NCBI GenBank assembly: GCA_009995455.1
Contig: JAACPJ010000001.1
Span: 150,991 to 214,990, forward strand
Length of the DNA stretch: 64,000 nucleotides
Reading direction: 5' to 3'
Origin: a bacterium
GTDB lineage: Bacteria > Patescibacteriota > Gracilibacteria > UBA4473
The position numbers and the translations under genes were made by a program. The notes beneath the pieces were generated by a model. That model worked only from the letters and a program-made list of their open reading frames with translations. It was not told the DNA's origin and made no database searches. Numbering within the stretch: position 1 is the first letter of the stretch; each line of letters begins with the position of its first letter. Below are positions 46,101 through 54,494 of this stretch, piece after piece.

Positions 46101-46495
46101 CGATTAGAACTTTGCGGGCTGAAAAAAATCTGAATCCTAAAGATAAAATTGCGGCCGGTATCAAAACCGATGAAGCGCATTTAAAATCGGCTTCAGATCT
46201 CGTAAAAGCCTTAGCTAATCTTTCTGATTTAGAAGTTGCCGCTCAAGCAATAACACCGGAACATAGTGCCACCACGATTGTCGATAATTTAGAAATTTTT
46301 GTTGATATACCCTTCGATGCGGATGCAGAAGCGGCTCGAATCGAAAAATTGAAAACGGAATTGTCTCAAAAAATTGCGGGACTTAAAGGACGCTTAAGCA
46401 ATCCAAGTTACACTGAAAAAGCGCCACCCAAGCTCGTTGCCGAGACTCAGGCACAATTGGAACAAGCTGAGTCAGAGCTGCAAAAACTGAGTTAA
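43163..46495 (+). CDS. valS: valine--tRNA ligase carrying an inserted histidine-phosphatase (PGAM-like) domain
   Basis: HIGH (ELHLGHA), CP1 editing ([23 protein letters not shown]), [39 protein letters not shown], and a C-terminal coiled coil. The insert between [10 protein letters not shown] and [12 protein letters not shown] begins [12 protein letters not shown]. Confidence 0.9.
   Translation: [1110 protein letters not shown]
44145..44176. repeat. G5/C5 palindromic repeat element, in-frame copy inside the valS editing domain
   Basis: CCCCCTTGTCAAAGGGGG-ATTTA-GGGGGATT, translated as [11 protein letters not shown] between AKRW and [10 protein letters not shown]. Confidence 0.6.
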
Positions 46496-46509
46496 ACTGT
46501 ATCTAATCT

Positions 46510-46544
46510 GCGTTTATGGGGGCTTGGCAACCGTAAACGCTTTT
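46510..46544 (+). terminator. probable intrinsic terminator of valS
   Basis: GCGTTTA...TAAACGC (7-bp stem, 17-nt loop) followed by TTTT. Confidence 0.45.
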
Positions 46545-46576
46545 ACCGGCGGGCAGAACGTTTTAAAATAAAAATA

Positions 46577-47581
46577 ATGAAAAGGGGACTTTTGATCGGA
46601 TTACTTCTCGGATTGTTTGGTGCCTCGGTCGCCCGGGCTGCGATTAATAATATTGATTTTATTCCGAATAAAACCCCAGGAAGCGCTATGTCAGCGTTGG
46701 AATTTAATACCATCATAAAAACTTTAGTGGGCATTGATCGTGATGACAAAAACACCAGTTTACTAGATGATGACACCTATGGTATTGGAATTGCTGATGG
46801 ATATTCACCAACCGAAAAGTTAGAAGTTAATGGGAATGTTAAAGCCACGGCCTTTATTGGAGACGGCGCTTTACTGACCAATGTAACCACAACCAGTCTT
46901 TGGGCTGAAAGTGGGGGCAATATTAATTATGGAAGTGGAAATGTGGGAGTGGGCGATGCTTCGCCTGAAGAAGCTTTGACGGTGGCGGGAATCGTAAAAG
47001 CGACCAATTTTATGTACCCAGATGGAACTTTAGTTTCAGACACGGGCGGTGGCGCTAGCGGCGAATGGACGGCAAATGGTTCTAATATTTACCGAGCCTC
47101 TGGATATGTGGGAATCGGAGTTCCAGTTCCCACGCAAACTTTAGATATCAACGGTCCTTTACGGGGGCGAAGTGTTATTACGGCGGCAGATCCTTGGGAT
47201 GGAACCGGGATTCAGATTGGAGGGAATTTACTGGGGTGGGCAAATCAAGGCGGAACCAACGATGCTGATTCGGTCAATGGGGCACCTGACTTGTGGCTGA
47301 CAGCTAGCAATCAAGTTTATGTTCGTTCGCCTGGGGGTTTAAATGTAAATCAGAAAGTTTCATCGCCTTCCTATTGTGATGAAAACGGGCTCAATTGTTT
47401 TGGAACGCCTCGAATTGATATCTTTAAAATTACTACCCAAACTTCTGGTCTGACAGAAGACGCTGACACGGCTTGCCAAGCGAGTGGATATCAAGGTTAC
47501 TGGGCGGGTATGAACCAAAATGGTTCAGAAATTATTTTGTGTTATGTTATTTCAGGAATTCCCATTTATCTCAATTATTAA
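46577..47581 (+). CDS. secreted protein with three tail-fibre-like G-x-G-x-x-x-P-x-x-x-L-x-V-x-G repeats
   Basis: Signal peptide MKRGLLIGLLLGLFGASVARAA. Repeats GIGIADGYSPTEKLEVNGNVKATAF, NVGVGDASPEEALTVAGIVKATNF, YVGIGVPVPTQTLDINGPLRG. Confidence 0.55.
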   Translation: MKRGLLIGLLLGLFGASVARAAINNIDFIPNKTPGSAMSALEFNTIIKTLVGIDRDDKNTSLLDDDTYGIGIADGYSPTEKLEVNGNVKATAFIGDGALLTNVTTTSLWAESGGNINYGSGNVGVGDASPEEALTVAGIVKATNFMYPDGTLVSDTGGGASGEWTANGSNIYRASGYVGIGVPVPTQTLDINGPLRGRSVITAADPWDGTGIQIGGNLLGWANQGGTNDADSVNGAPDLWLTASNQVYVRSPGGLNVNQKVSSPSYCDENGLNCFGTPRIDIFKITTQTSGLTEDADTACQASGYQGYWAGMNQNGSEIILCYVISGIPIYLNY

Positions 47582-47583
47582 AC

Positions 47584-48258
47584 ATGCAGGTTAAACATTT
47601 ACTCCTTTTAGTTGTTTTGATTCTAATGATCCCACCGGGGTTTTATTATTTGATGAATCAGAGTTCAAATCCTGAAAAAGAAGAACCCTTCGAGTATGAA
47701 GTGGTTCAAACGGGTCCTGACTCAATATCAGTTAAAATTTCTGAAAACGGAGAAGCGGCAGAAAGCCCCTACTACGACCAATTCGTTAAAAAAATTAAAA
47801 GCACCCCTACGTGGCTGGTTCAAGATGCTAACTTTCAGGGTTGTGTGACCAAAGCGGTAGACAATTGTGTGGCTAATACCACTCAAAAAGAAGCCCAGTT
47901 ACTTCAATCAGATAGCTTGTGTGACGCTCTGCCTCCTTCAGAAGCCGCTAATTGTAAAAATCAATTTCACTACACCAAAGCCATTCAAACCAAAGATATA
48001 AGTTTATGTGAAAAAATTACGAATGAGTTTCAAAGAAACGCCTGTCAGAACGGAGTTTTCACTCAAAAAGCCTTGGAAACCCGCGACCCGCGTTGGTGTG
48101 ACAAAGTAACTACCGCCAGTAACACCACTCCAGGGCTGGTAAGTCCGGAAAAACAAAATTGTTTAAACTTGCTGGACTTACAAAGAGGCGCTTCTGACAG
48201 TACTTTTTTGAATAGCGACTGGGATGACGAAGTGATGCAAGAAACAATTTTAAATTAA
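47584..48258 (+). CDS. secreted/anchored Cys-rich repeat protein
   Basis: Start at MQVKHLLLLVVLILMIPPGF (ATG 47584; the track start at 47473 overlaps the upstream gene). About four ~30-aa repeats, each with paired Cys (C...NC.N). Confidence 0.5.
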   Translation: MQVKHLLLLVVLILMIPPGFYYLMNQSSNPEKEEPFEYEVVQTGPDSISVKISENGEAAESPYYDQFVKKIKSTPTWLVQDANFQGCVTKAVDNCVANTTQKEAQLLQSDSLCDALPPSEAANCKNQFHYTKAIQTKDISLCEKITNEFQRNACQNGVFTQKALETRDPRWCDKVTTASNTTPGLVSPEKQNCLNLLDLQRGASDSTFLNSDWDDEVMQETILN

Positions 48259-49034
48259 GAGGCGATACCGAGTAATTTTTCAAGCCAATCTCCAACCACA
48301 AAAGCGACCGTTGCGGCAATGCCTCCTAAAAACAGGGTTTCAAGCACAGCTCTAGCTTTGTTTGTTTGATTTACGGCGCCTTTTAAATAACCAATGATGA
48401 CAAACGCGATCGCGGTTGTGAAACAGGCAATCGTAAACGCATTTGGAAGTTCAATTCCAGCAACTAGTGCGTAAACATAGGGGCTAATAGGAATAAAACC
48501 GAGGATACAAAAGGCCGTAAAGGTTACGAGCGCATTGGCACTCGGATGTTTTTCTTCTCTAATAAGACCATGTTCACCCACCATCATTTCATCCACCCAT
48601 AAATCTTGATGCGTTGTAATGTGATGCACGATGTCTTCTAGTAATGGGCCAGAAAACCCCTTAGCTTTATAGATCTCACGTATTTCTTCGGTTTCTTCTG
48701 CCGGGAATTTTTCGGTTTCAGTGTACTCTTGGGTTTTAATATGGTCGTACCGTTCTAAATCCGTTTTGGTGGAAAGAAAGCTGCCAATAGACATTGATAG
48801 GCCGTCGGCCAACATGTTTGAAATACCTAAAATTAATACGACGCCTGCTCCTAGTTCTGCCCCAGAGGCCGCCGCTACCACGGCAAAGGTCGTAACCGCG
48901 CCATCAATGCCTCCGTATACAAATTCAGGGACAAAGGCTTCGTATTTTCCGAAGAATGATTTGCGGTGTGAAACGAGTTCATCGTGGGTTTCAAAGTTTT
49001 CAAGATTTTTAGACATGCTTTTAATTTTTACCAA
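48255..49034 (-). CDS. VIT1/CCC1-family iron/manganese transporter
   Basis: FVYGGIDGAVTTFAVVAAASGAEL, LADGLSMSIGSFLS, and C-terminal TM helices. Confidence 0.7.
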   Translation of the reverse strand: MVKIKSMSKNLENFETHDELVSHRKSFFGKYEAFVPEFVYGGIDGAVTTFAVVAAASGAELGAGVVLILGISNMLADGLSMSIGSFLSTKTDLERYDHIKTQEYTETEKFPAEETEEIREIYKAKGFSGPLLEDIVHHITTHQDLWVDEMMVGEHGLIREEKHPSANALVTFTAFCILGFIPISPYVYALVAGIELPNAFTIACFTTAIAFVIIGYLKGAVNQTNKARAVLETLFLGGIAATVAFVVGDWLEKLLGIAS

Positions 49035-50391
49035 ATAAGACGGGTAGTAATTGGGCGACGGTTTTAATGGGTTCTACTTTTAAGCCTTTAGGAATTTCTA
49101 TTCCAGTAGGAATATTAGGCGTAATAACTCGCTTGAAGCCTAGTTTCTCAATTTCTATTAACCGGGCATCTAATTGTTGAACTCGGCGTACCTCACCAGA
49201 TAAACCAACTTCTCCAAGCACTACGGTGTCGGCTGGAATTTCTTTTTCGAGTCTTGAGGAAAGCACGGCGGCGACAATTGCTAAATCTGCTGCTGGATCG
49301 GTAATTCGTAATCCGCCAATGACGTTTAAATAAGCGTCATGTTGTTCACAGGTAAAAGGTGTAAATTTAGCGACGACGGCCAGCAGCAGGTGGAACTTAC
49401 TTAAATCAAACCCATGAGAAGTTCTTCTCGGTTGCCCAAAATTCGTTTTAACGGTCAAAACTTGCAGCTCTAGTACAAAGTTCCTAACACCATCCCGCAA
49501 AGCCGTGATAACTGATCCTTGCGTGTCTAAGGCCCTCTCAGCTAAAAAGAATTCAGCCGGATTACTCAACGCCTGCAATCCAGCACCGCGCATTTCAAAA
49601 ACACCTACTTCAAGCGTGGATCCAAATCGGTTTTTTGGGGCTCTTAAAAGTCTCAGTTCCGAATTTCTTTCCCCTTCTAAATAAAGCACCACATCCACCA
49701 AGTGTTCCAGCACCTTTGGGCCCGCTAGTTCGTCGTTTTTAGTTACGTGCCCAATAATTAAAATTGTGGTGTTGGTTGATTTGGCCAGCTTCAACAAGAT
49801 TTCAGCGTTCTCTCGAATCTGACTGACCGAACCAAAACGGCTATTTTGCAGCCCTACCATTTGGATAGAATCCACCACCACAAAGGCGGGTTTATGTTTT
49901 TGCACGGTGGTAATAATGTCTTCCAAAGCATTGGTTGAAAAAATCCGTTCTTTGACGCCATGGCTTGAAGCGCCATCAAGGAGTCTTTCGGCGCGGTTAA
50001 AAACCTGGTCGCGGCTTTCTTCTCCCGAGAAATAAAAACCTTGATTGAGTTCTAAAAAAATCTGCAACGACAGCGTTGATTTTCCAATCCCTGGGTGCCC
50101 GCCAAAAAGCGTCACCGAGCCGGGAAAAAACCCACCGCCCAACACTCGGTCCACTTCTGTTTTGCCGACTTCAAGTCTTTTAATATTACCGGTGCTGTTG
50201 TCAGAACTTTGATTGGCCACCAGCGTTAAATCAACCCCAGCTTCAATTTTGCCTGAACCTTCGTTTTTTAACTTTGATTCTCTAAATTCTTTCAGCGTAT
50301 TAAAAGCGCCACAATTGGGGCATTTCCCTAGCCAAGTAGGAGCGGTGTCGCCACATTCGTTACAGACGTATTGGGTTTTAACTTTGGCCAT
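49021..50391 (-). CDS. radA: DNA repair protein RadA/Sms
   Basis: Zn finger YVCNECGDTAPTWLGKCPNCGAFNT, Walker A GHPGIGKST, KNRFG motif, Lon-like C-terminal domain. Confidence 0.9.
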   Translation of the reverse strand: MAKVKTQYVCNECGDTAPTWLGKCPNCGAFNTLKEFRESKLKNEGSGKIEAGVDLTLVANQSSDNSTGNIKRLEVGKTEVDRVLGGGFFPGSVTLFGGHPGIGKSTLSLQIFLELNQGFYFSGEESRDQVFNRAERLLDGASSHGVKERIFSTNALEDIITTVQKHKPAFVVVDSIQMVGLQNSRFGSVSQIRENAEILLKLAKSTNTTILIIGHVTKNDELAGPKVLEHLVDVVLYLEGERNSELRLLRAPKNRFGSTLEVGVFEMRGAGLQALSNPAEFFLAERALDTQGSVITALRDGVRNFVLELQVLTVKTNFGQPRRTSHGFDLSKFHLLLAVVAKFTPFTCEQHDAYLNVIGGLRITDPAADLAIVAAVLSSRLEKEIPADTVVLGEVGLSGEVRRVQQLDARLIEIEKLGFKRVITPNIPTGIEIPKGLKVEPIKTVAQLLPVLFGKN

Positions 50392-50422
50392 TTCATACCG
50401 ACTGTACTGATTTTTTTAAAGC

Positions 50423-51229
50423 TTAATAGTCGGGCCGGTACTGAAACTCCCAAGACTCCCCTTGGCCCTGGTTTGGTTTAGACCCGATCGGATAATTCTC
50501 TTTAAAACCATGCGCCGCTGCTATTTCTTTGAATTGAATCCAAGCCGGATGATCGCGCACTTCGGCACAAGTTTTTCCTAGGGCTTCTTTTTGACCCGGA
50601 AAAAATTCGACCACATCAATGGCTGGATTACCTGCAATAGAATGCTTACTACAATAAGGCGGTGCTAAGATCGAAAAAATAGCTTCTAGATTGATTTTTT
50701 TGCCTTCTATATTTATTTTACGGTAACTGCCAGTAACCATTAAGTAGAGCTGATAAGCGGGCGATCGAAACCCAGAAGCAATAGTTATAGTTTGTGATAC
50801 TTGCGCTTGATAATCCGCAATCAGTTGCCCCCATTTTTGAGCGAGATCGGTTGGTAAAATTTGATCATCAACCGCTAGAAAATCGTGTTGTTCGGGTTCG
50901 GTTAAACTCCCATGTATAATTTGATAATCTTCTAATTGATAATGTTCGAGAACCCTTTGAGTGTTTTGGGGATTGGCAAAAAAATCTATAAGCGCCAAGG
51001 CTGCCGCTTGGTTTTCTGGTTCCTCAACTACCACAGATTGCCCTCTAATTAATTTTTTAGATTGAGCGACAAACGCTCTTAAATCATTGAAAGTGCTGCG
51101 TCGTTGTGGAGCGCTTCCATCCAAAGCGCCTTTAATAAAACCTTCTAAGTGAACGGCTTTTTCAGCGTAAAATTCACTCAAGCTTTCCACGTCTAATAAA
51201 TCAAAATCAATCGAGGCTTCTAAAGGCAT
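50423..51229 (-). CDS. M15-family D-alanyl-D-alanine carboxypeptidase (VanY-like)
   Basis: SGFRSPAYQ, SKHSIAGNPAIDV and ESWEF correspond to the SxHxxGxAxD and EPWH-type zinc/catalytic motifs. Confidence 0.6.
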   Translation of the reverse strand: MPLEASIDFDLLDVESLSEFYAEKAVHLEGFIKGALDGSAPQRRSTFNDLRAFVAQSKKLIRGQSVVVEEPENQAAALALIDFFANPQNTQRVLEHYQLEDYQIIHGSLTEPEQHDFLAVDDQILPTDLAQKWGQLIADYQAQVSQTITIASGFRSPAYQLYLMVTGSYRKINIEGKKINLEAIFSILAPPYCSKHSIAGNPAIDVVEFFPGQKEALGKTCAEVRDHPAWIQFKEIAAAHGFKENYPIGSKPNQGQGESWEFQYRPDY

Positions 51230-51284
51230 TTCTGCCAGACTTTAAGAAAAAATAAATACTTGGCGAACTATTTACCTAAAAAGT

Positions 51285-52283
51285 CTAGACCTTGGAGCGA
51301 CAGTTTTCGACCCATTCACGGTTCGCTAAATACCATTCGATAGTTTTTGGCAAAGCTTCTTCAAAAGTGTGTTTTGGTTTCCAGCCAAGTTCTCGTTCTA
51401 ATTTGCTAGCGTCCATGGCATATCTCCGGTCATGGGCTTTACGGTCTGGTACAAAGCTAACCTCTGAATTCGATTGGGGAATATGAGATTTAATCTGTTC
51501 CACAATTTCTAAATTTGTTTTTTCGTTGTGCCCCCCAATATTCCACACTTCACCGGCCGCGCTTTTTTCAAAGGTGAGTAAAATGGCTTCACAGTGATCT
51601 AAAACATATAGCCAATCGCGAATGTTTTGCCCATCACCATAAAGGGGCAGCGGTTCGTTATTCATCGATTTAAAAAGGAAAAACGGAATCAATTTTTCGG
51701 GAAACTGATAAGGACCATAGTTATTAGAACAACGCGTTATAATCGTATGCATGTCATAGGTTTCGTGCCAAGAGTTAACCAGCACATCGCCTGAAGTTTT
51801 AGCAGCGGCATACGGACAGTTTGGGTTTAAGGGTGTGTTCTCGGTAAAAAAAGGCCGGCTTTCAAAGGGCAAGTGTCCCGTATCGCCTAAGTCCCCATAA
51901 ACTTCATCGGTCGAAACCTGGTGATATTTTTGTAGCTCAAATTCGCGTGCTAACTCTAGTAAAACATGGGTGCCAATTATATTAGCGTTAATAAAGGGAT
52001 CAGAATCAACAATTGATCGATCAACATGCGTTTCAGCGGCAAAGTTTATTAGCGCATCAAATTTTTCAGCGGCAAATAAGTCTTTCATAAATGGCTTATC
52101 GGCAATATCGCCCTGAACGAATTTATAGTTTGGGTGAGATTCAATATCCCTCAGGTTTTCAAGATTCCCAGCGTAAGTGAGTTTATCTAGATTAACGATG
52201 GTGTAGTTTCGTTCTTTTAAAATATGACGCACAAAATTGCTGCCAATAAAACCCGCTCCACCAGTGACTAGAATTTTCATCAT
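51285..52283 (-). CDS. rfbB: dTDP-glucose 4,6-dehydratase
   Basis: MKILVTGGAGFIGSNF, STDEVYG, YAAAKTSGD (YxxxK), RCSNNYGPYQFPEKLIP. Confidence 0.9.
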   Translation of the reverse strand: MMKILVTGGAGFIGSNFVRHILKERNYTIVNLDKLTYAGNLENLRDIESHPNYKFVQGDIADKPFMKDLFAAEKFDALINFAAETHVDRSIVDSDPFINANIIGTHVLLELAREFELQKYHQVSTDEVYGDLGDTGHLPFESRPFFTENTPLNPNCPYAAAKTSGDVLVNSWHETYDMHTIITRCSNNYGPYQFPEKLIPFFLFKSMNNEPLPLYGDGQNIRDWLYVLDHCEAILLTFEKSAAGEVWNIGGHNEKTNLEIVEQIKSHIPQSNSEVSFVPDRKAHDRRYAMDASKLERELGWKPKHTFEEALPKTIEWYLANREWVENCRSKV

Positions 52284-52341
52284 TTGAATCTTAAGGCTTT
52301 TTTTTGGCTTTTCACCTAATTTAAGTAAAAATGATTCGCAC

Positions 52342-52416
52342 GCCGTCGTAGCTCAGTGGTAGAGCACCGCCATGGTAAGGCGGGGGTCCCGGGTTCAAAT
52401 CCCGGCGACGGCTCCA
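52342..52416 (+). tRNA. tRNA-Thr (anticodon GGT), CCA encoded
   Basis: Acceptor GCCGTCG/CGACGGC. D arm GCTC-AGTGGTA-GAGC. Anticodon arm CCGCC-ATGGTAA-GGCGG. T arm CCGGG-TTCAAAT-CCCGG. Discriminator T, then CCA. Confidence 0.9.
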
Positions 52417-52430
52417 GATTACAAATAATT

Positions 52431-52458
52431 AAAAAAGCCCCGAATACGGGGCTTTTTG
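52431..52458. terminator. bidirectional intrinsic terminator
   Basis: A6-AGCCCCG-AATA-CGGGGCT-T5, between tRNA-Thr (+) and the convergent acidic-protein gene (-). Confidence 0.8.
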
Positions 52459-52481
52459 TTTAAAAATTAGCGGTGTCTGTA

Positions 52482-53069
52482 TTAGTTACCAAAACCAAAC
52501 CAGCTTTTGATGCTAATCCAGGCTTTTACAAAAAAGTTGGCGTCTTCATCAACATTCGCTTCGGTTTCAGATTCAACTGATAGGTCTGCATCAATACGAT
52601 TCATCATTTCTTCCCCTTCTTCCATCATATTTTCCATACCTTCTTCCATCGCTTCGGCTCCAGCCTCGATTTCCGCATCAACGTCTACCATAATTTCATT
52701 GGTAGCGTTCATCATATTATCAAATCCGGCTTCAAGGTCGGCGCCAATATCCGTTGCCGCATCGGCCGTTGCATCAACAGCGGCATCAAAGTTCGCTTCA
52801 AGCTGATTCATGTCTGAAGTGAAAGTTTCGATCATGGCACGGTCTTCAATTTGAATGTCTCCATCAGCACTATTATTAGCATCAACTTGCATAATACGGC
52901 GTTCATTGGCGTTAGTTTCAATATTGTTATTACTTTCGATTTGAACATTTACATCATCATTGATCATCGCATCAGCATTCATTGAAGTGGTAACGGCACC
53001 GGTTTGAGCCAAAGCTAGCACGGGGCTAACCATCAAACTTAGTACGAAGGCAGTGTTAGTAATTTTCAT
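52482..53069 (-). CDS. secreted, highly acidic low-complexity protein
   Basis: Signal peptide MKITNTAFVLSLMVSPVLALAQT, then D/E/A/N/M-rich sequence (ADA, EAG, MEEG repeats). Confidence 0.5.
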   Translation of the reverse strand: MKITNTAFVLSLMVSPVLALAQTGAVTTSMNADAMINDDVNVQIESNNNIETNANERRIMQVDANNSADGDIQIEDRAMIETFTSDMNQLEANFDAAVDATADAATDIGADLEAGFDNMMNATNEIMVDVDAEIEAGAEAMEEGMENMMEEGEEMMNRIDADLSVESETEANVDEDANFFVKAWISIKSWFGFGN

Positions 53070-53253
53070 TTTTTATGGGTTAAGTATTATCACCAGTTAT
53101 ATAATACGGATTAGAATTAAAAATGCGACACCTTTATATACTTTTTTAATTACAGTTAATTTATTTTTAATTAAAAAATGTTTCGCTTCCAAAATAATCA
53201 AAGTATTTAACGATTAATTCTGAGGTCTAGTTTTTATGATTTAGATAGATAAA

Positions 53254-54432
53254 GTGAAAACCGTGAAAACTTACCTTCTCGTTCTTGGTCGTCATCCCGA
53301 ACTTTCACGGGCAGAGCTTCGCGGCAAAGTTGATGAAATTTTTTACGATGAGGAAAAGAATTTATTACTCGCTGAAAATCTGCAGTTTACGAATCCTCGA
53401 GAGCTGCCTCGGGGCGAAGAACAGCTGTTTATTGACCAACTAGGCGGCACGATAAGAATGGCGGAGGTGGTAGGCGAATATTTCGATAAAACCCAATTAC
53501 AGCAAGTTATATGGAAACGCATAGCCGCCGCAGAAAAGTTTAAGTGTGGCTTTAGTGTGTTTGGTGGCGGCAACAAATTACTCTCTGATTTAATTTTCAG
53601 CACAAAGAGTCATTTTGATAAAATCCGAGTCGAGAATTATAACCAAGAAAACTTAAGTTCTGGCCAAATATTTCAGCGCCGTATTTTACAAAAAGGACAC
53701 GAGTTTATTATTTGGAAGCGTGGTGAATCTTATTTGCTGTGCGAAACGGTCGCCAATCAAAACTTAAGAAACTACGAATTGCGTGACCGTAAAAAGGATT
53801 TTCGTGATGCTAAAATGGGAATGCTGCCACCAAAGTTAGCTCAGATTTTGCTGAATTTAGCGACGCAAAATGGTTCAGAGGATTTAACCATTGTAGATCC
53901 TTTTTGTGGAAGCGGAACGGTTAACATTGAGGCCGCGATTGCCGGCTTTAAAACACTCGGTTCAGACTTAAATGAAAGATTTGTTGAAAAAGCGGGTGAA
54001 AATTTTCAGCAAATGGCAGAAAAATTTCGTTACGAAAATACGGCTGGCCAATTTAGAACTATAAATGCGAATCGATGTTTATCAGACGTTGAAGTATCAA
54101 ATCCAGTTATTGCCACCGAGGGGTGGCTGGGAGAAAATTTTGAAGCGCGCCCAGACCGAGAAACCATTCACAAAAACGCCGGAGAAGTACTCGATTTATG
54201 GCGTGGCGTTTTAAACCATTTAGCAGAGCACAAGGTGCAAACGATTGCCGGCTGCTTGCCGGCTTGGAACCGGGCAGGAAGCAAGCAAACCGTCAGTGAA
54301 AAATTTTTACTGCACGCTCAAAAACTGGGCTACAAACCAACGCTTTTTGCCAACGGTAAGCCAACGACTTATTACGAACGGGAAGATGCGTTTGTGGCTC
54401 GAGAAGTGTTTGTGTTAAAACGAATCGCTTAA
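53254..54432 (+). CDS. UPF0020/Trm11-like SAM-dependent RNA (guanine-N2) methyltransferase-like protein
   Basis: MLPPKLAQILLNLA...IVDPFCGSGTVNIEAAIAG is the characteristic motif. GTG start. Confidence 0.6.
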   Translation: MKTVKTYLLVLGRHPELSRAELRGKVDEIFYDEEKNLLLAENLQFTNPRELPRGEEQLFIDQLGGTIRMAEVVGEYFDKTQLQQVIWKRIAAAEKFKCGFSVFGGGNKLLSDLIFSTKSHFDKIRVENYNQENLSSGQIFQRRILQKGHEFIIWKRGESYLLCETVANQNLRNYELRDRKKDFRDAKMGMLPPKLAQILLNLATQNGSEDLTIVDPFCGSGTVNIEAAIAGFKTLGSDLNERFVEKAGENFQQMAEKFRYENTAGQFRTINANRCLSDVEVSNPVIATEGWLGENFEARPDRETIHKNAGEVLDLWRGVLNHLAEHKVQTIAGCLPAWNRAGSKQTVSEKFLLHAQKLGYKPTLFANGKPTTYYEREDAFVAREVFVLKRIA

Positions 54433-54494
54433 GTGAAGAAATCATTAATTTAGCCTTTTGACTCCCAAAGGCTTTGTAGCGTATCAACTGAGTT

